This document shows, one piece after another, positions 8,060 through 17,231 of a stretch of 64,000 bases of DNA; position 1 is the stretch's first letter, and each line of letters starts with the position of its first letter. A program made the position numbers and the translations under genes. The stretch lies in assembly GCA_035439485.1 (NCBI GenBank), contig DAORKI010000003.1, positions 8,326 through 72,325 of the forward strand. The letters are read 5' to 3'. This DNA is from Bacteroidia bacterium. GTDB lineage: Bacteria; Bacteroidota; Bacteroidia; UBA4408. The notes under the pieces are model-generated. The model did no database searches. It saw only the letters and a program-made list of their open reading frames with translations, and had not been told where the DNA came from.

Positions 8060-10117
8060 ATGAAAAAAATTCTACTCTTCTCTATCTTTGTCCTTTTGTT
8101 TGTAATCCAATCAGAGGCGCAGTATTGGCAAATTCCAAATCCCAATGCAGGTTTTAATCCAGGCGGACTTAACACAGATGCTGAATATCCAGTCGGAAGT
8201 GGATTAGCAGCCTCGTGGACTACTTGTTTAGCATCATCTTCCAGTCCAGTTTGGTCTACCACTCAAACTATTCCTTTTCCATTCTCCTTTAATGGTACAG
8301 CGGTAAGCGATTTCAAAGTTTCAAATAGTGGTATACTTACCTTTGATGTTGGCACTGCTTTAGCAGCTCCTGGTTTTTCAGCAATTTCACTACCAAGTGC
8401 ACTTATTCCAAATAACTCTATTTGCATTTCTGGACTTGGAGGAATTGGTGCCAACGACAATGTTGTAAGAAAAACATTCGGTACTTCACCTAATCGTCAA
8501 CTTTGGATATTTTTTACATCATACGGATATGGAACGACTGTTTCAGATGGAAGTAATTTTACCTATTGGAGCATAGTATTAGATGAAACAACCAACAGAA
8601 TTCATATAGTTGATCAACGAACAGGTGGGTATACTACCGCAGGTGTAGTTTCTGCAGGTGTTCAAATAGATGCATCTACAGCATACAGTGTGGCCGGTTC
8701 ACCAGCTTTGGCTTTTTTATCTGGTACTAGCCCAGCACAAGATGATAATTCCTTTTATACTTTCATACCTGGAGCACAACCTTCATTTGACATGTCAGTA
8801 ACTGCCATAACTTCTAGTCCATATTTGAGCCCTGGTAATACTAACTTTACTGGAACCATAAAAAATTTGGGATTGACCACTATTACTTCGTTTAATATTA
8901 ATTACAAAATTGATGGAGGAACTCCAGTTACAGCAACTATTTCAGGTGTTAATATAACAAGTGGTTCAACTTATAATTTTACCCACAACACTCCATGGAA
9001 TGCAGTTATTGGAACCCATACTTTGGAAATGTATGCCACTGATTTAAACGGCTCAAATATTGATGCGAATACTTTTGATGATTCTCATACACAAACCATA
9101 AACGTTTTAAGCGAGCTTGTGCCTCGCATTCCTTTATTTGAGATATTCACCAGTTCTACTTGTGGACCATGCGCTCCAGGCAACACGAACTATCACTCCA
9201 TTATAGATGTTAAGCCTGCAAGTGAATTTGTAAGTATAAAATATCAACAAGATTTTCCTTCAACTGGCGATCCATATGCAACTACAGAGTCAGTGAATAG
9301 AAGAACAAGTTATTATGCTATTACATCAATTCCTCGAATGATGATTGATGGAGGATGGAACAGTAATGCAAGTGCCTTTACTACTGCTTTATATGACGAT
9401 TCAAGATCTAAGCCAGCTCAGTATAAATTAAATGGAACGTATTCAGTAAATGGGAAATTGGTAGGCGCAAAGGTAAAATACGCTCCTGTGTTTAATTCAA
9501 CTGGTGCTAAATTATATGTGGCTATTTTAGAAGGAGTAACTTCTCAAAACGTAAAAACCAATGGTGAAACAGAATTCAAACATGTGATGAAAAAAATGTT
9601 GCCAAATGAAACTGGCACTAATTTACCGGCTCAATCACCTGGTGTTTGGGACTCTACAACTTTTACTTATACCTTTAATGGTGAATACAGATTACCAACA
9701 GATGGGCAATCAGCAAATAGAATTAATCATACTACGGAACATAGTGTAGAAGAGTTTTCTGATTTATATGTGATTGCTTGGATACAAGGAAATGATAAAG
9801 TTGTTTACCAAGCTGCAAATTTGTCGCTTACTACGGGAATTGAATCAGTATCAAACGTTTTAAAAGATGTTGATGTTTATCCAAATCCAACTCAAAATGT
9901 AATTAATATAAAAATCAATTTAAGTCAAAATGAGCAAATCGTATCAACACTTGTTGATTTAGAAGGGAATGTAATCAACAGCAAAATGTCTCAGTTAAAA
10001 TCTGGAACAAATAATATTGATTTTGATGCAACACAATTAGCTTCTGGAATTTATCATGTAATGATATTTGACTCTAAAGGAAACTCTTCTGTGCACAAGG
10101 TTGTGGTTCAAAAGTAG
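8060..10117 (+). CDS. secreted T9SS cargo protein with an embedded thioredoxin-like CGPC segment
   Basis: 685 aa with a signal peptide MKKILLFSIFVLLFVIQSEAQ and a C-terminal T9SS CTD (VYPNPTQNVINIKINL...SGIYHVMIFDSKGNSSVHKVVV). Internal FEIFTSSTCGPCAP is followed about 70 aa later by ITSIPRMMIDGG, a cis-Pro-like motif. Confidence 0.7.
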   Translation: MKKILLFSIFVLLFVIQSEAQYWQIPNPNAGFNPGGLNTDAEYPVGSGLAASWTTCLASSSSPVWSTTQTIPFPFSFNGTAVSDFKVSNSGILTFDVGTALAAPGFSAISLPSALIPNNSICISGLGGIGANDNVVRKTFGTSPNRQLWIFFTSYGYGTTVSDGSNFTYWSIVLDETTNRIHIVDQRTGGYTTAGVVSAGVQIDASTAYSVAGSPALAFLSGTSPAQDDNSFYTFIPGAQPSFDMSVTAITSSPYLSPGNTNFTGTIKNLGLTTITSFNINYKIDGGTPVTATISGVNITSGSTYNFTHNTPWNAVIGTHTLEMYATDLNGSNIDANTFDDSHTQTINVLSELVPRIPLFEIFTSSTCGPCAPGNTNYHSIIDVKPASEFVSIKYQQDFPSTGDPYATTESVNRRTSYYAITSIPRMMIDGGWNSNASAFTTALYDDSRSKPAQYKLNGTYSVNGKLVGAKVKYAPVFNSTGAKLYVAILEGVTSQNVKTNGETEFKHVMKKMLPNETGTNLPAQSPGVWDSTTFTYTFNGEYRLPTDGQSANRINHTTEHSVEEFSDLYVIAWIQGNDKVVYQAANLSLTTGIESVSNVLKDVDVYPNPTQNVINIKINLSQNEQIVSTLVDLEGNVINSKMSQLKSGTNNIDFDATQLASGIYHVMIFDSKGNSSVHKVVVQK

Positions 10118-10137
10118 TTTTAAAGATTGTAAAAAAA

Positions 10138-10168
10138 GGGATACAAAATTTTGTATCCCTTTTTTTTT
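10138..10168 (+). terminator. rho-independent terminator
   Basis: GGGATACAAAATTTTGTATCCC is a perfect 9-bp stem. It is followed by T9 (10160-10168) and preceded by A7, lying 21 nt after stop codon 10115-10117. Confidence 0.8.
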
Positions 10169-10291
10169 ATGCATATTATACACTTAAAATCCGTCCATTT
10201 TAATTTTATAACAATTCAGGTTTATAACTTTAACAGTCACTAATTTGTTTTTGTAAAAAAAATTTTTACAATTGTTCAAAATATTTTTGTT

Positions 10292-10684
10292 ATGCCAACT
10301 GTTTCAAAAATTACTCAAGGCATTTTAATTCAGGCAGAGCCTGAGTTTAATGAAGTTTATTCAAGTGTGGAACGCAATAATTATGTGTTTACCTACCATA
10401 TTGCAATTCACAACAATACTAATTTTGCATGCCAATTACTTCACAGAAAGTGGATAATTTTCGACTCCATAGGTGTGCAAAGTGAAGTTAAAGGTGATGG
10501 CGTTATAGGTGTGCAACCCATAATAAAACCTGGTGAGGTGTATCGATATGATTCATATTGCCCAATAAAGTCAGATATTGGTTATATGAAGGGCATTTAT
10601 CAAATGAAAAGAATTGATAATAATAGTTATTTTGATGTTCAAATTCCTATGTTTGAACTCATAATGCCAAGTAGATTAAACTAA
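10292..10684 (+). CDS. apaG: ApaG domain protein (DUF525)
   Basis: 130 aa. The length and the beta-sandwich sequence (GDGVIGVQPIIKPGEVYRYDSYCPI) match the ApaG family. Confidence 0.7.
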   Translation: MPTVSKITQGILIQAEPEFNEVYSSVERNNYVFTYHIAIHNNTNFACQLLHRKWIIFDSIGVQSEVKGDGVIGVQPIIKPGEVYRYDSYCPIKSDIGYMKGIYQMKRIDNNSYFDVQIPMFELIMPSRLN

Positions 10685-11064
10685 TAAGATGGAGGCAAAT
10701 AAGCCTCTAACTTTTTAAGGTAAGGCAAATCCATTTTTTCTTCTTTAAGAAGCACTCCATTTAAATAAACCGAACACAAAAAACTTCCTTTGCCCCCATT
10801 GCTCTCAATTTTTAACGAAACATAGTCCCCTCTTTCAAAATCAGTTAATTTCTTTGATAACCATGAATTACGATTCAATGGTCCTTCAGTTTTATCGCCA
10901 GAGGCAGTTTTATAAATAACTGTATATTCAGGCTCCTCCTTGGAAGTTTCAACAACGGTATATATGACCTCGTTTTCAGGTTCTGGTTTCGATTTTTTAC
11001 ATGAAACAAACATGAAAACAAAAACACATAAAATCAAGGAAAAAATTTTCGTATTTTTTTTCAC
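10681..11064 (-). CDS. hypothetical lipoprotein
   Basis: 127 aa. Signal peptide with lipobox (FMFVSCKK). Its 3' end overlaps apaG by 4 nt. Confidence 0.5.
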   Translation of the reverse strand: MKKNTKIFSLILCVFVFMFVSCKKSKPEPENEVIYTVVETSKEEPEYTVIYKTASGDKTEGPLNRNSWLSKKLTDFERGDYVSLKIESNGGKGSFLCSVYLNGVLLKEEKMDLPYLKKLEAYLPPSY

Positions 11065-11142
11065 TACACAAATATAAAAAAAAGCTGTCTGTAATCAAAC
11101 AGACAGCTTAACAATAATTAATCAACCTTATTTAATCTAATT

Positions 11143-11976
11143 TTAGTTCAAAGTTATATTTCGGGTTTTATTTCTCACATTCACAGTAGCTTGATCATCA
11201 CAATTGCCATTTCCAAAATCTACTGTTCTCACGGCTCTGCCTTCAGGGGTAATTTCAATAGTCCCGCTATCAATCCATCGACAATTCATAGCACGATGCA
11301 AAGGTTTCGTAATATTGGCTGTGTAATTTATTCCATTTGCATTGGTACCCGAAGCACTACCTGTAATTTGATATACATCATCGGTCCAAGTTTTTGTGTC
11401 ATTTCCTGCTAACATGGTTCTAGTTCTTACACTATTCCAAGTATGAACTTTTCCATTTGATTTGGTGATTTTCATGTTTTGGGCATTAATTGTCCAATTC
11501 ATTCTACCTTGTGCATCCAATCCATTATTAGTAATAGTTCTTGTTCCTTCTAATTTATTATCATTCCTATAAAAGTTATCGAAATTCATGGTTTTTATAG
11601 CGCCAATTTCAAAATAGCGTCCTGTATAGGTAACAATAATTTTTCCTCTTCTGTTTCGTCCATCAGCACATAAACAATTACTACTTCCAAAATCTATAAT
11701 TAAAACCCTTGGAGTTGAAATAGTGTCATGGGTAACTGTGGCGCATGTACTCAAAACATCAAATACTTCTTGCTCTTCTGAGGTTCTATAACCTGCGCTT
11801 CCTGTTTTGGCTGCATTATCAGCAATATTCATTACATCGTTTGAAAAAGTTTCGTTTTGCTCATTATCACTGGCAACAGTAGTATCGTTTAAATCATCAC
11901 GATCTTTTTTACATGAACTAAGTATGAATAAGGAGCTAATCAATAAGGCTGAGAAAATAATTTTAAATGTTTTCAT
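11143..11976 (-). CDS. hypothetical lipoprotein
   Basis: 277 aa. Lipobox ILSSCKKD, four Cys, Thr/Asn-rich beta-type sequence. No recognisable family. Confidence 0.5.
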   Translation of the reverse strand: MKTFKIIFSALLISSLFILSSCKKDRDDLNDTTVASDNEQNETFSNDVMNIADNAAKTGSAGYRTSEEQEVFDVLSTCATVTHDTISTPRVLIIDFGSSNCLCADGRNRRGKIIVTYTGRYFEIGAIKTMNFDNFYRNDNKLEGTRTITNNGLDAQGRMNWTINAQNMKITKSNGKVHTWNSVRTRTMLAGNDTKTWTDDVYQITGSASGTNANGINYTANITKPLHRAMNCRWIDSGTIEITPEGRAVRTVDFGNGNCDDQATVNVRNKTRNITLN

Positions 11977-12062
11977 TCTAATAATTTATATTGGTTTTCC
12001 AGTTTATGACTACAAATCTAAATTAAGGTTTAATAATCATCAAAAAATATTTTCTTTAATTA

Positions 12063-13748
12063 TCACAATCCAGCAATGGCCTTATCTTTTGGAATTTTAA
12101 CTTCATAGGTAAATGAAATTTTCTTACTTTCTTTTGGCTTAAGATTAATATCCCATTCCAATTTACCAGTTTCAACGTCATATTTGGCTTTTCCACTTTC
12201 CATCAATTTAACAACAATAGCAGGATTTGAACTTAATGGAATTTGGTCATCAATATGCAATTCAGTAGCCACACTTTTTGTGTTTTTTATCAATAATTCA
12301 TAGGTAACAGAAATAGTTTTTTCTTCTAATAAAACCTTTTCCTTTGTTTTATCCTTCAATTTTTTACGTTGGATTACAATCCCCTTATCTTTTCCCATGC
12401 TTAGTATTAATGTATCGTTAGTGGTATTAGGATCAATATAAGATTCACCGATATAGGTTCCATCAAAATAAATTCGACTGTTACCAGGGATTAAATTTAA
12501 ATCTTCCCACCCGGTAATTTTAGCAAGTAAATAGGCACTGGCATCCATTTTTGGTACGGAAGATAGGTTGTAATTAGTTTTTAAATCTTTTGTTTGAATG
12601 GCTACTAGATGTTGTTTACCATCAGAAGGAATATTGTATTTTAATTTTACATCATATTCAGTGTTTAAAATGTTTTCTGTAACAGTAGTCCAATCATAAG
12701 TATATGTAGCATCTTTAGCTTCATCTGAATCAAAGCTACTAGGTATTTTACCTGATGTAGTAACTTCATTTAATGAAAGCGCTTTAGGTGCTAACATATC
12801 AATTTGTTTCATTTTTTCTTGTTTTTGATAAGCATTGTAAAAATTCAAATAAGCAGGCGTTAAATCAGGCTTTATTGTGCTTTGCATAGGAGTTCCGGTA
12901 GCAAGTGTTAAAAATGCATTATTCCAATCAACACCGGTATTTTGAGTAATACGTGCCTTATGGGTTAATTGTAATTTATTGGTGTTATTATCGGCTCTTA
13001 AATCATATTCTGGAATCCAGCCAGCCTGTGCAACAAAGTAATTTATACTAACACTTCCTGCAGTAGCTTGTTCAGCCAGTACACTAACAATAACTCTGTG
13101 ATTGGCTTGTGGGGCAGGAGCACCTGAATTTTCAACCTGATTGATGACATCGCTCAGGATACTTTGACGTTCCTGTAGGTCTGCCAACAACTGTTTTCTG
13201 ATGTTTTGTTCTCGTCTTAGTTTATAAGTTTCAGCATTTAAATTATTTAATCTAGTTCTTAAATAATCCATAGCATCTTTAAATAAATTAAGTGTATCGC
13301 GCTTGGTTTCTCCTTTTATTAGACGATTATTTAATAAGATATTTTTTTCAGTTTGCAATGCTGCCATTTTATCGGTAATTTCATCTAATTGCAGTTGCAC
13401 TTCAGTTATTGAATCTCCTACCAATTGTAAGGATTTTAATTTTTTAGTTGAGGGTTTGATTGTTGTCACTGCTTCAGGATAAATGGCGTCAAATTTCACT
13501 TCCATAATTGTAAAATTACCTTTGCCAGAAGCTTGTAACGAAGGGGCTTGTAAAACAGGAGATACACCTTCAAAAATTATTTCATTTACACCTTGGGTCA
13601 ATACCACATCATGACTTGAAAATAATTGTGCCCCATTGAGGTAAACGGTTGCTTTTTCAACTTTTGCTTTAAATGTATTAGCTGCTTTTAAATTAACTGA
13701 TATAACTAAGGCTAACATAGAGTTGAGAATAAAAGAATAGGTTTTCAT
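12063..13748 (-). CDS. secreted DUF4140/DUF4139-type protein (MuiA-like) with a central coiled coil
   Basis: 561 aa. Signal peptide, an N-terminal TVYLNGAQLF...block resembling DUF4140, and a central heptad-rich segment (LQLDEITDKMAALQTEKNILLNNR...). The family assignment is from memory. Confidence 0.45.
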   Translation of the reverse strand: MKTYSFILNSMLALVISVNLKAANTFKAKVEKATVYLNGAQLFSSHDVVLTQGVNEIIFEGVSPVLQAPSLQASGKGNFTIMEVKFDAIYPEAVTTIKPSTKKLKSLQLVGDSITEVQLQLDEITDKMAALQTEKNILLNNRLIKGETKRDTLNLFKDAMDYLRTRLNNLNAETYKLRREQNIRKQLLADLQERQSILSDVINQVENSGAPAPQANHRVIVSVLAEQATAGSVSINYFVAQAGWIPEYDLRADNNTNKLQLTHKARITQNTGVDWNNAFLTLATGTPMQSTIKPDLTPAYLNFYNAYQKQEKMKQIDMLAPKALSLNEVTTSGKIPSSFDSDEAKDATYTYDWTTVTENILNTEYDVKLKYNIPSDGKQHLVAIQTKDLKTNYNLSSVPKMDASAYLLAKITGWEDLNLIPGNSRIYFDGTYIGESYIDPNTTNDTLILSMGKDKGIVIQRKKLKDKTKEKVLLEEKTISVTYELLIKNTKSVATELHIDDQIPLSSNPAIVVKLMESGKAKYDVETGKLEWDINLKPKESKKISFTYEVKIPKDKAIAGL

Positions 13749-13884
13749 AATTGTTGAATTAATTGTTATTCCTCCTTGATGCTGATAAATTTAAAATTCC
13801 ATAAACTGATTAAAATTTATTTTTTTGAGTAGTCATTTTTTGACCACAATATTTTCTTGTTAACTTTGAGGCTTATTCATTATT

Positions 13885-14472
13885 GTGCCTTTACCAGAAG
13901 AGAAATACCTTCATCTTACAGATTTAGAGTTACTCCAGTTGTATAAACTGAATGGTGATGTTGTGATTATTGGTTTATTATATAAAAGATACGTTACGAT
14001 GGCACTTGGAGTAGCTCATAAGTATTTGCAACCTGAAGATGAGGCAAAAGATGCTGTGATGCAAGTTTTTGAACAATTGCTTCAGCAGGTTAATCATCAT
14101 AAAATTGATAACTTTAAAAGTTGGTTATACAGTGTGGTGAAAAATTTTTGTTTGATGAAACTGCGTAAAGAGAAGAATTTAACCATTGTGAGAGAGGAAG
14201 AAGGAAAAAATATTTTTAGTGTTGTGGAAAAAGAACAAGTTTTGCATCAAGAAGAAGTAAAACAGAAAGAAATTAACTTGACAAACTTGGAAATGGCCAT
14301 TGAAACGCTGAATGAAGAGCAAAAAAAATGCATTGAATTGTTTTATTTGCAACAAAAAAGTTATGCTGAAGTGGTTGAAATTACAGGTTATTCTTTAAAT
14401 AATGTAAAAAGCTTTATTCAAAATGGTAAACGAAATTTGAAACTTAAAATGCAAAGTGTATATGGAGCATAA
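13885..14472 (+). CDS. RNA polymerase ECF-type sigma-70 factor
   Basis: 195 aa. Sigma region 2 (VMQVFEQLLQ...FKSWLYSVVKNFCLMKLRK) and a region 4 HTH (YAEVVEITGYSLNNVKSFIQNGKRNLK). GTG start at 13885 as in the track. Confidence 0.8.
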   Translation: MPLPEEKYLHLTDLELLQLYKLNGDVVIIGLLYKRYVTMALGVAHKYLQPEDEAKDAVMQVFEQLLQQVNHHKIDNFKSWLYSVVKNFCLMKLRKEKNLTIVREEEGKNIFSVVEKEQVLHQEEVKQKEINLTNLEMAIETLNEEQKKCIELFYLQQKSYAEVVEITGYSLNNVKSFIQNGKRNLKLKMQSVYGA

Positions 14473-15775
14473 ATATACAAATAGTGATTTTTTTAAACCC
14501 ACCGAATGTCCTTCGGATGCTTTGCTATTGAGTTATGTAAAAGGCACCATCAATAATACTGATAAACGATTAGTTGAGCTTCATTTGGCAGATTGTGAAA
14601 TGTGCAATGATATGGTAGAAGGCTATCAAAAGATGGATGCTACTAAAATCTCATCAAATATAAAATCAATTGAAATTAAAATCGATGAAGCAGTTGCAAT
14701 TCACAGCAATAGAAAAACTGCAACATCCACACTTAAATGGTATTACGCTGCCGCTGCTATTTTACTCCTTGGCCTAACAGGGATTTTATATCAGTTTTAT
14801 TTTAACAGTTTAGAGGAAACAAAAGTAGCTGATTTACCAACACCACACCAAACTGAGAGCAAGCACCAAATCGACACTATTGAGCAGAAGCAAATGAATG
14901 AAGAACCGCCCCAAAAGGCAGACACAAAATCAATTCCTGCTGAGCTCCCAATGCTTGTAAAAAGTATATCTAAAAAGCCCGCAGTAATGGAAGATTTGGC
15001 AGTTTCGAACAATGATATGATAACAGAAGTGCCAATGGATGAAGCACCAAAAAGTAAAGAAAATGTAGCCGCAGAACCAGTGTTGGTAGTGACTGAAAAG
15101 AATACAGCAGAAACTGTAACTTCAGGTTCAGTAGTTACATTAAACGTAACTGAACCAATTCAATCATATTCCTTTTCACCAAGCACTAGTGGAAACACAC
15201 AAGCAATATCACCCAATAACACTGTAACAAATTTTAATTTTGATGCCACTACCCTAAATACGGTTGAAATCAGTAAAAATGTGAGTGATAAGAAAAAATT
15301 AGAAAGAGCCACAACAAATAAATTCAAGGCTACATCTAAAGCAGCTGAAAAACCGTCTGTAGCAAAACAAGAAGCTATTAATGAGCACGAAGAAACAGCA
15401 GCTCTAAAAGATATGAGTTCAGATGATGTTGACTTATTAATAGAAACCAAGCAATTGTTGAACAACAAAAAATATAATGAAGCCATTGTTAATTATAATC
15501 TTTACTTAAAAAGAAATCCTAAAAATTGTGAGGCTATGGTTGGGCGTGCGCAATGCTATGAATTCACCAATCAAAATAACCTTGCTATAAATGATTATAC
15601 TCAATTATCGAAGTTAAAATGCGGGAAACAGTCTGATAGTGCCTATTTGAAATTAGCTGAATTATATTTAAAAAATAAACAAACAAACGAAGCAAAAGCA
15701 GCTTTGCAAAAAGCAGTAATTTCTAAATATTTAGATATTGCAGAACAAGCAAAAAGCGAATTGAATAAACTATAA
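14462..15775 (+). CDS. anti-sigma factor with a ZAS-like zinc motif, one TM helix and a C-terminal TPR domain
   Basis: Most probable start is ATG 14462, which overlaps the sigma stop at 14470-14472 by 11 nt; the track uses GTG 14456. HLADCEMC is an HxxxCxxC motif. A TM segment YYAAAAILLLGLTGILYQFYF follows, then a long S/T/N/E-rich linker, and TPR-like repeats at the C-terminus (YNEAIVNYNLYLKRNPKNCEAMVGRAQCYE...). Confidence 0.6.
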   Translation: MEHKYTNSDFFKPTECPSDALLLSYVKGTINNTDKRLVELHLADCEMCNDMVEGYQKMDATKISSNIKSIEIKIDEAVAIHSNRKTATSTLKWYYAAAAILLLGLTGILYQFYFNSLEETKVADLPTPHQTESKHQIDTIEQKQMNEEPPQKADTKSIPAELPMLVKSISKKPAVMEDLAVSNNDMITEVPMDEAPKSKENVAAEPVLVVTEKNTAETVTSGSVVTLNVTEPIQSYSFSPSTSGNTQAISPNNTVTNFNFDATTLNTVEISKNVSDKKKLERATTNKFKATSKAAEKPSVAKQEAINEHEETAALKDMSSDDVDLLIETKQLLNNKKYNEAIVNYNLYLKRNPKNCEAMVGRAQCYEFTNQNNLAINDYTQLSKLKCGKQSDSAYLKLAELYLKNKQTNEAKAALQKAVISKYLDIAEQAKSELNKL

Positions 15776-15846
15776 ATAGTTTATTAGCAATATATCTTTA
15801 TTTTTGACGCAGAAATCATTATTATCAAATAGGAAAAAGCAATTTT

Positions 15847-16383
15847 ATGCAAACAGTTAGCTTACATGATAAAACTTTTGAATTGTTTATTGCTGAAAGT
15901 GCGATACAACAAGCGATAGCTAATTTGGCCAAGCAAATTAATGAGGCATATGTTGGTAAAAACCCGCTTTTTTTAGGCATTTTAAATGGTTCTTTTTTAT
16001 TTGCGGCCGATTTATTCAGGCTGATTGAAGGGAAGGCCGAAATTTCATTTTTGAAAATGTCATCCTATCAAGGCACTGCTACTACCGGAAAAATAAATGA
16101 GTTAATAGGCCTTAATGAAGACATCAGTAACAGACACATAATAGTGATTGAAGATATAGTTGATACTGGCATAACCTTAGAAAAAATAATTGTTGACCTA
16201 CAAACCAAACAACCCGCTAGCATAGCTATTGCAACACTTTTATTTAAACCAGCTGCCTATCAGAAAAGTATTCCAGTAAATTATGTTGGTATAAGAGTGG
16301 CCAATGATTTTTTAGTAGGTTATGGTTTAGATTATGATGGCTTAGGTAGAAATTTGAAAGAAATTTATAAATTGAAGAGTTGA
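15847..16383 (+). CDS. hpt: hypoxanthine-guanine phosphoribosyltransferase
   Basis: 178 aa. PRPP-binding motif IIVIEDIVDTGITL and an Hpt-like N-terminus. Confidence 0.85.
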   Translation: MQTVSLHDKTFELFIAESAIQQAIANLAKQINEAYVGKNPLFLGILNGSFLFAADLFRLIEGKAEISFLKMSSYQGTATTGKINELIGLNEDISNRHIIVIEDIVDTGITLEKIIVDLQTKQPASIAIATLLFKPAAYQKSIPVNYVGIRVANDFLVGYGLDYDGLGRNLKEIYKLKS

Positions 16384-16463
16384 GTAAATTAAATGTCGGA
16401 ATTTTAACATTTTCTTTTTCAAGAAAAAGTTAATTCTCTCGTTATTGGATAAAATTTCAAAAA

Positions 16464-17231
16464 ATGAAAAAAGCAATTATTTTATTCAGTGCTATACTAT
16501 TTGTTAACCATACTTATGGGCAAAGCAAAGATTCACTGTCAACTCCAAATTTTCATAAAAACGAAATCGGGTTAATAGCAAACCCAATTGGGATAGTACT
16601 TTTAGGTGCAGAACCTTATGGGCAACGAATAGGGATTTCGTATAAGCGAAATTTTAAAAAGCCTCATGTTTTTTTAACTTCAGGATTATATTACCAAGGT
16701 TACAATAATAAATACAGCAACAGAAATGAACTAACTTTGGAAGTAAATGGTTTGCTCAGAAATATTCAATATAACAGAGAATCCGCAAATAAAATTATTG
16801 CTGGGTTTGGTATCGAAAAAAGAAAAAATTTAAGTCAGTGCCCTGTAATTGTTGCCTATTACGGAATTGAGTTTCAATTTGCTTATGGCGAAACCAATAA
16901 TACTGTTGGAAATCAGTGGATGGAAACAGATAGTACAAACATTATTGAAAACAACCCATATAGTGTAAAGCCAATTTCTGAATTTACTCAAACTAAATTA
17001 GTTAATAAAACCACTATAGGTGGTGGATTTCAAATAAATGCTGGATTGCAATTGCATTTAAATAAAAGAATATACTTATTCGCACAAACTGCTCCATCTT
17101 TTCTTATCAGCAATACCACACGTAAGGAGAATGACTATATATCAAAAACAACTTCAACCTTTAAAAGTTCGCAATTTGACTTTGATATGCGTGCCTTGGT
17201 TAGCGATATTGGATTATGCTTTAGATTCTAA
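16464..17231 (+). CDS. hypothetical outer-membrane beta-barrel protein
   Basis: 255 aa. Signal peptide, alternating hydrophobic beta-strand pattern, C-terminal aromatic residue (..GLCFRF). Confidence 0.4.
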   Translation: MKKAIILFSAILFVNHTYGQSKDSLSTPNFHKNEIGLIANPIGIVLLGAEPYGQRIGISYKRNFKKPHVFLTSGLYYQGYNNKYSNRNELTLEVNGLLRNIQYNRESANKIIAGFGIEKRKNLSQCPVIVAYYGIEFQFAYGETNNTVGNQWMETDSTNIIENNPYSVKPISEFTQTKLVNKTTIGGGFQINAGLQLHLNKRIYLFAQTAPSFLISNTTRKENDYISKTTSTFKSSQFDFDMRALVSDIGLCFRF

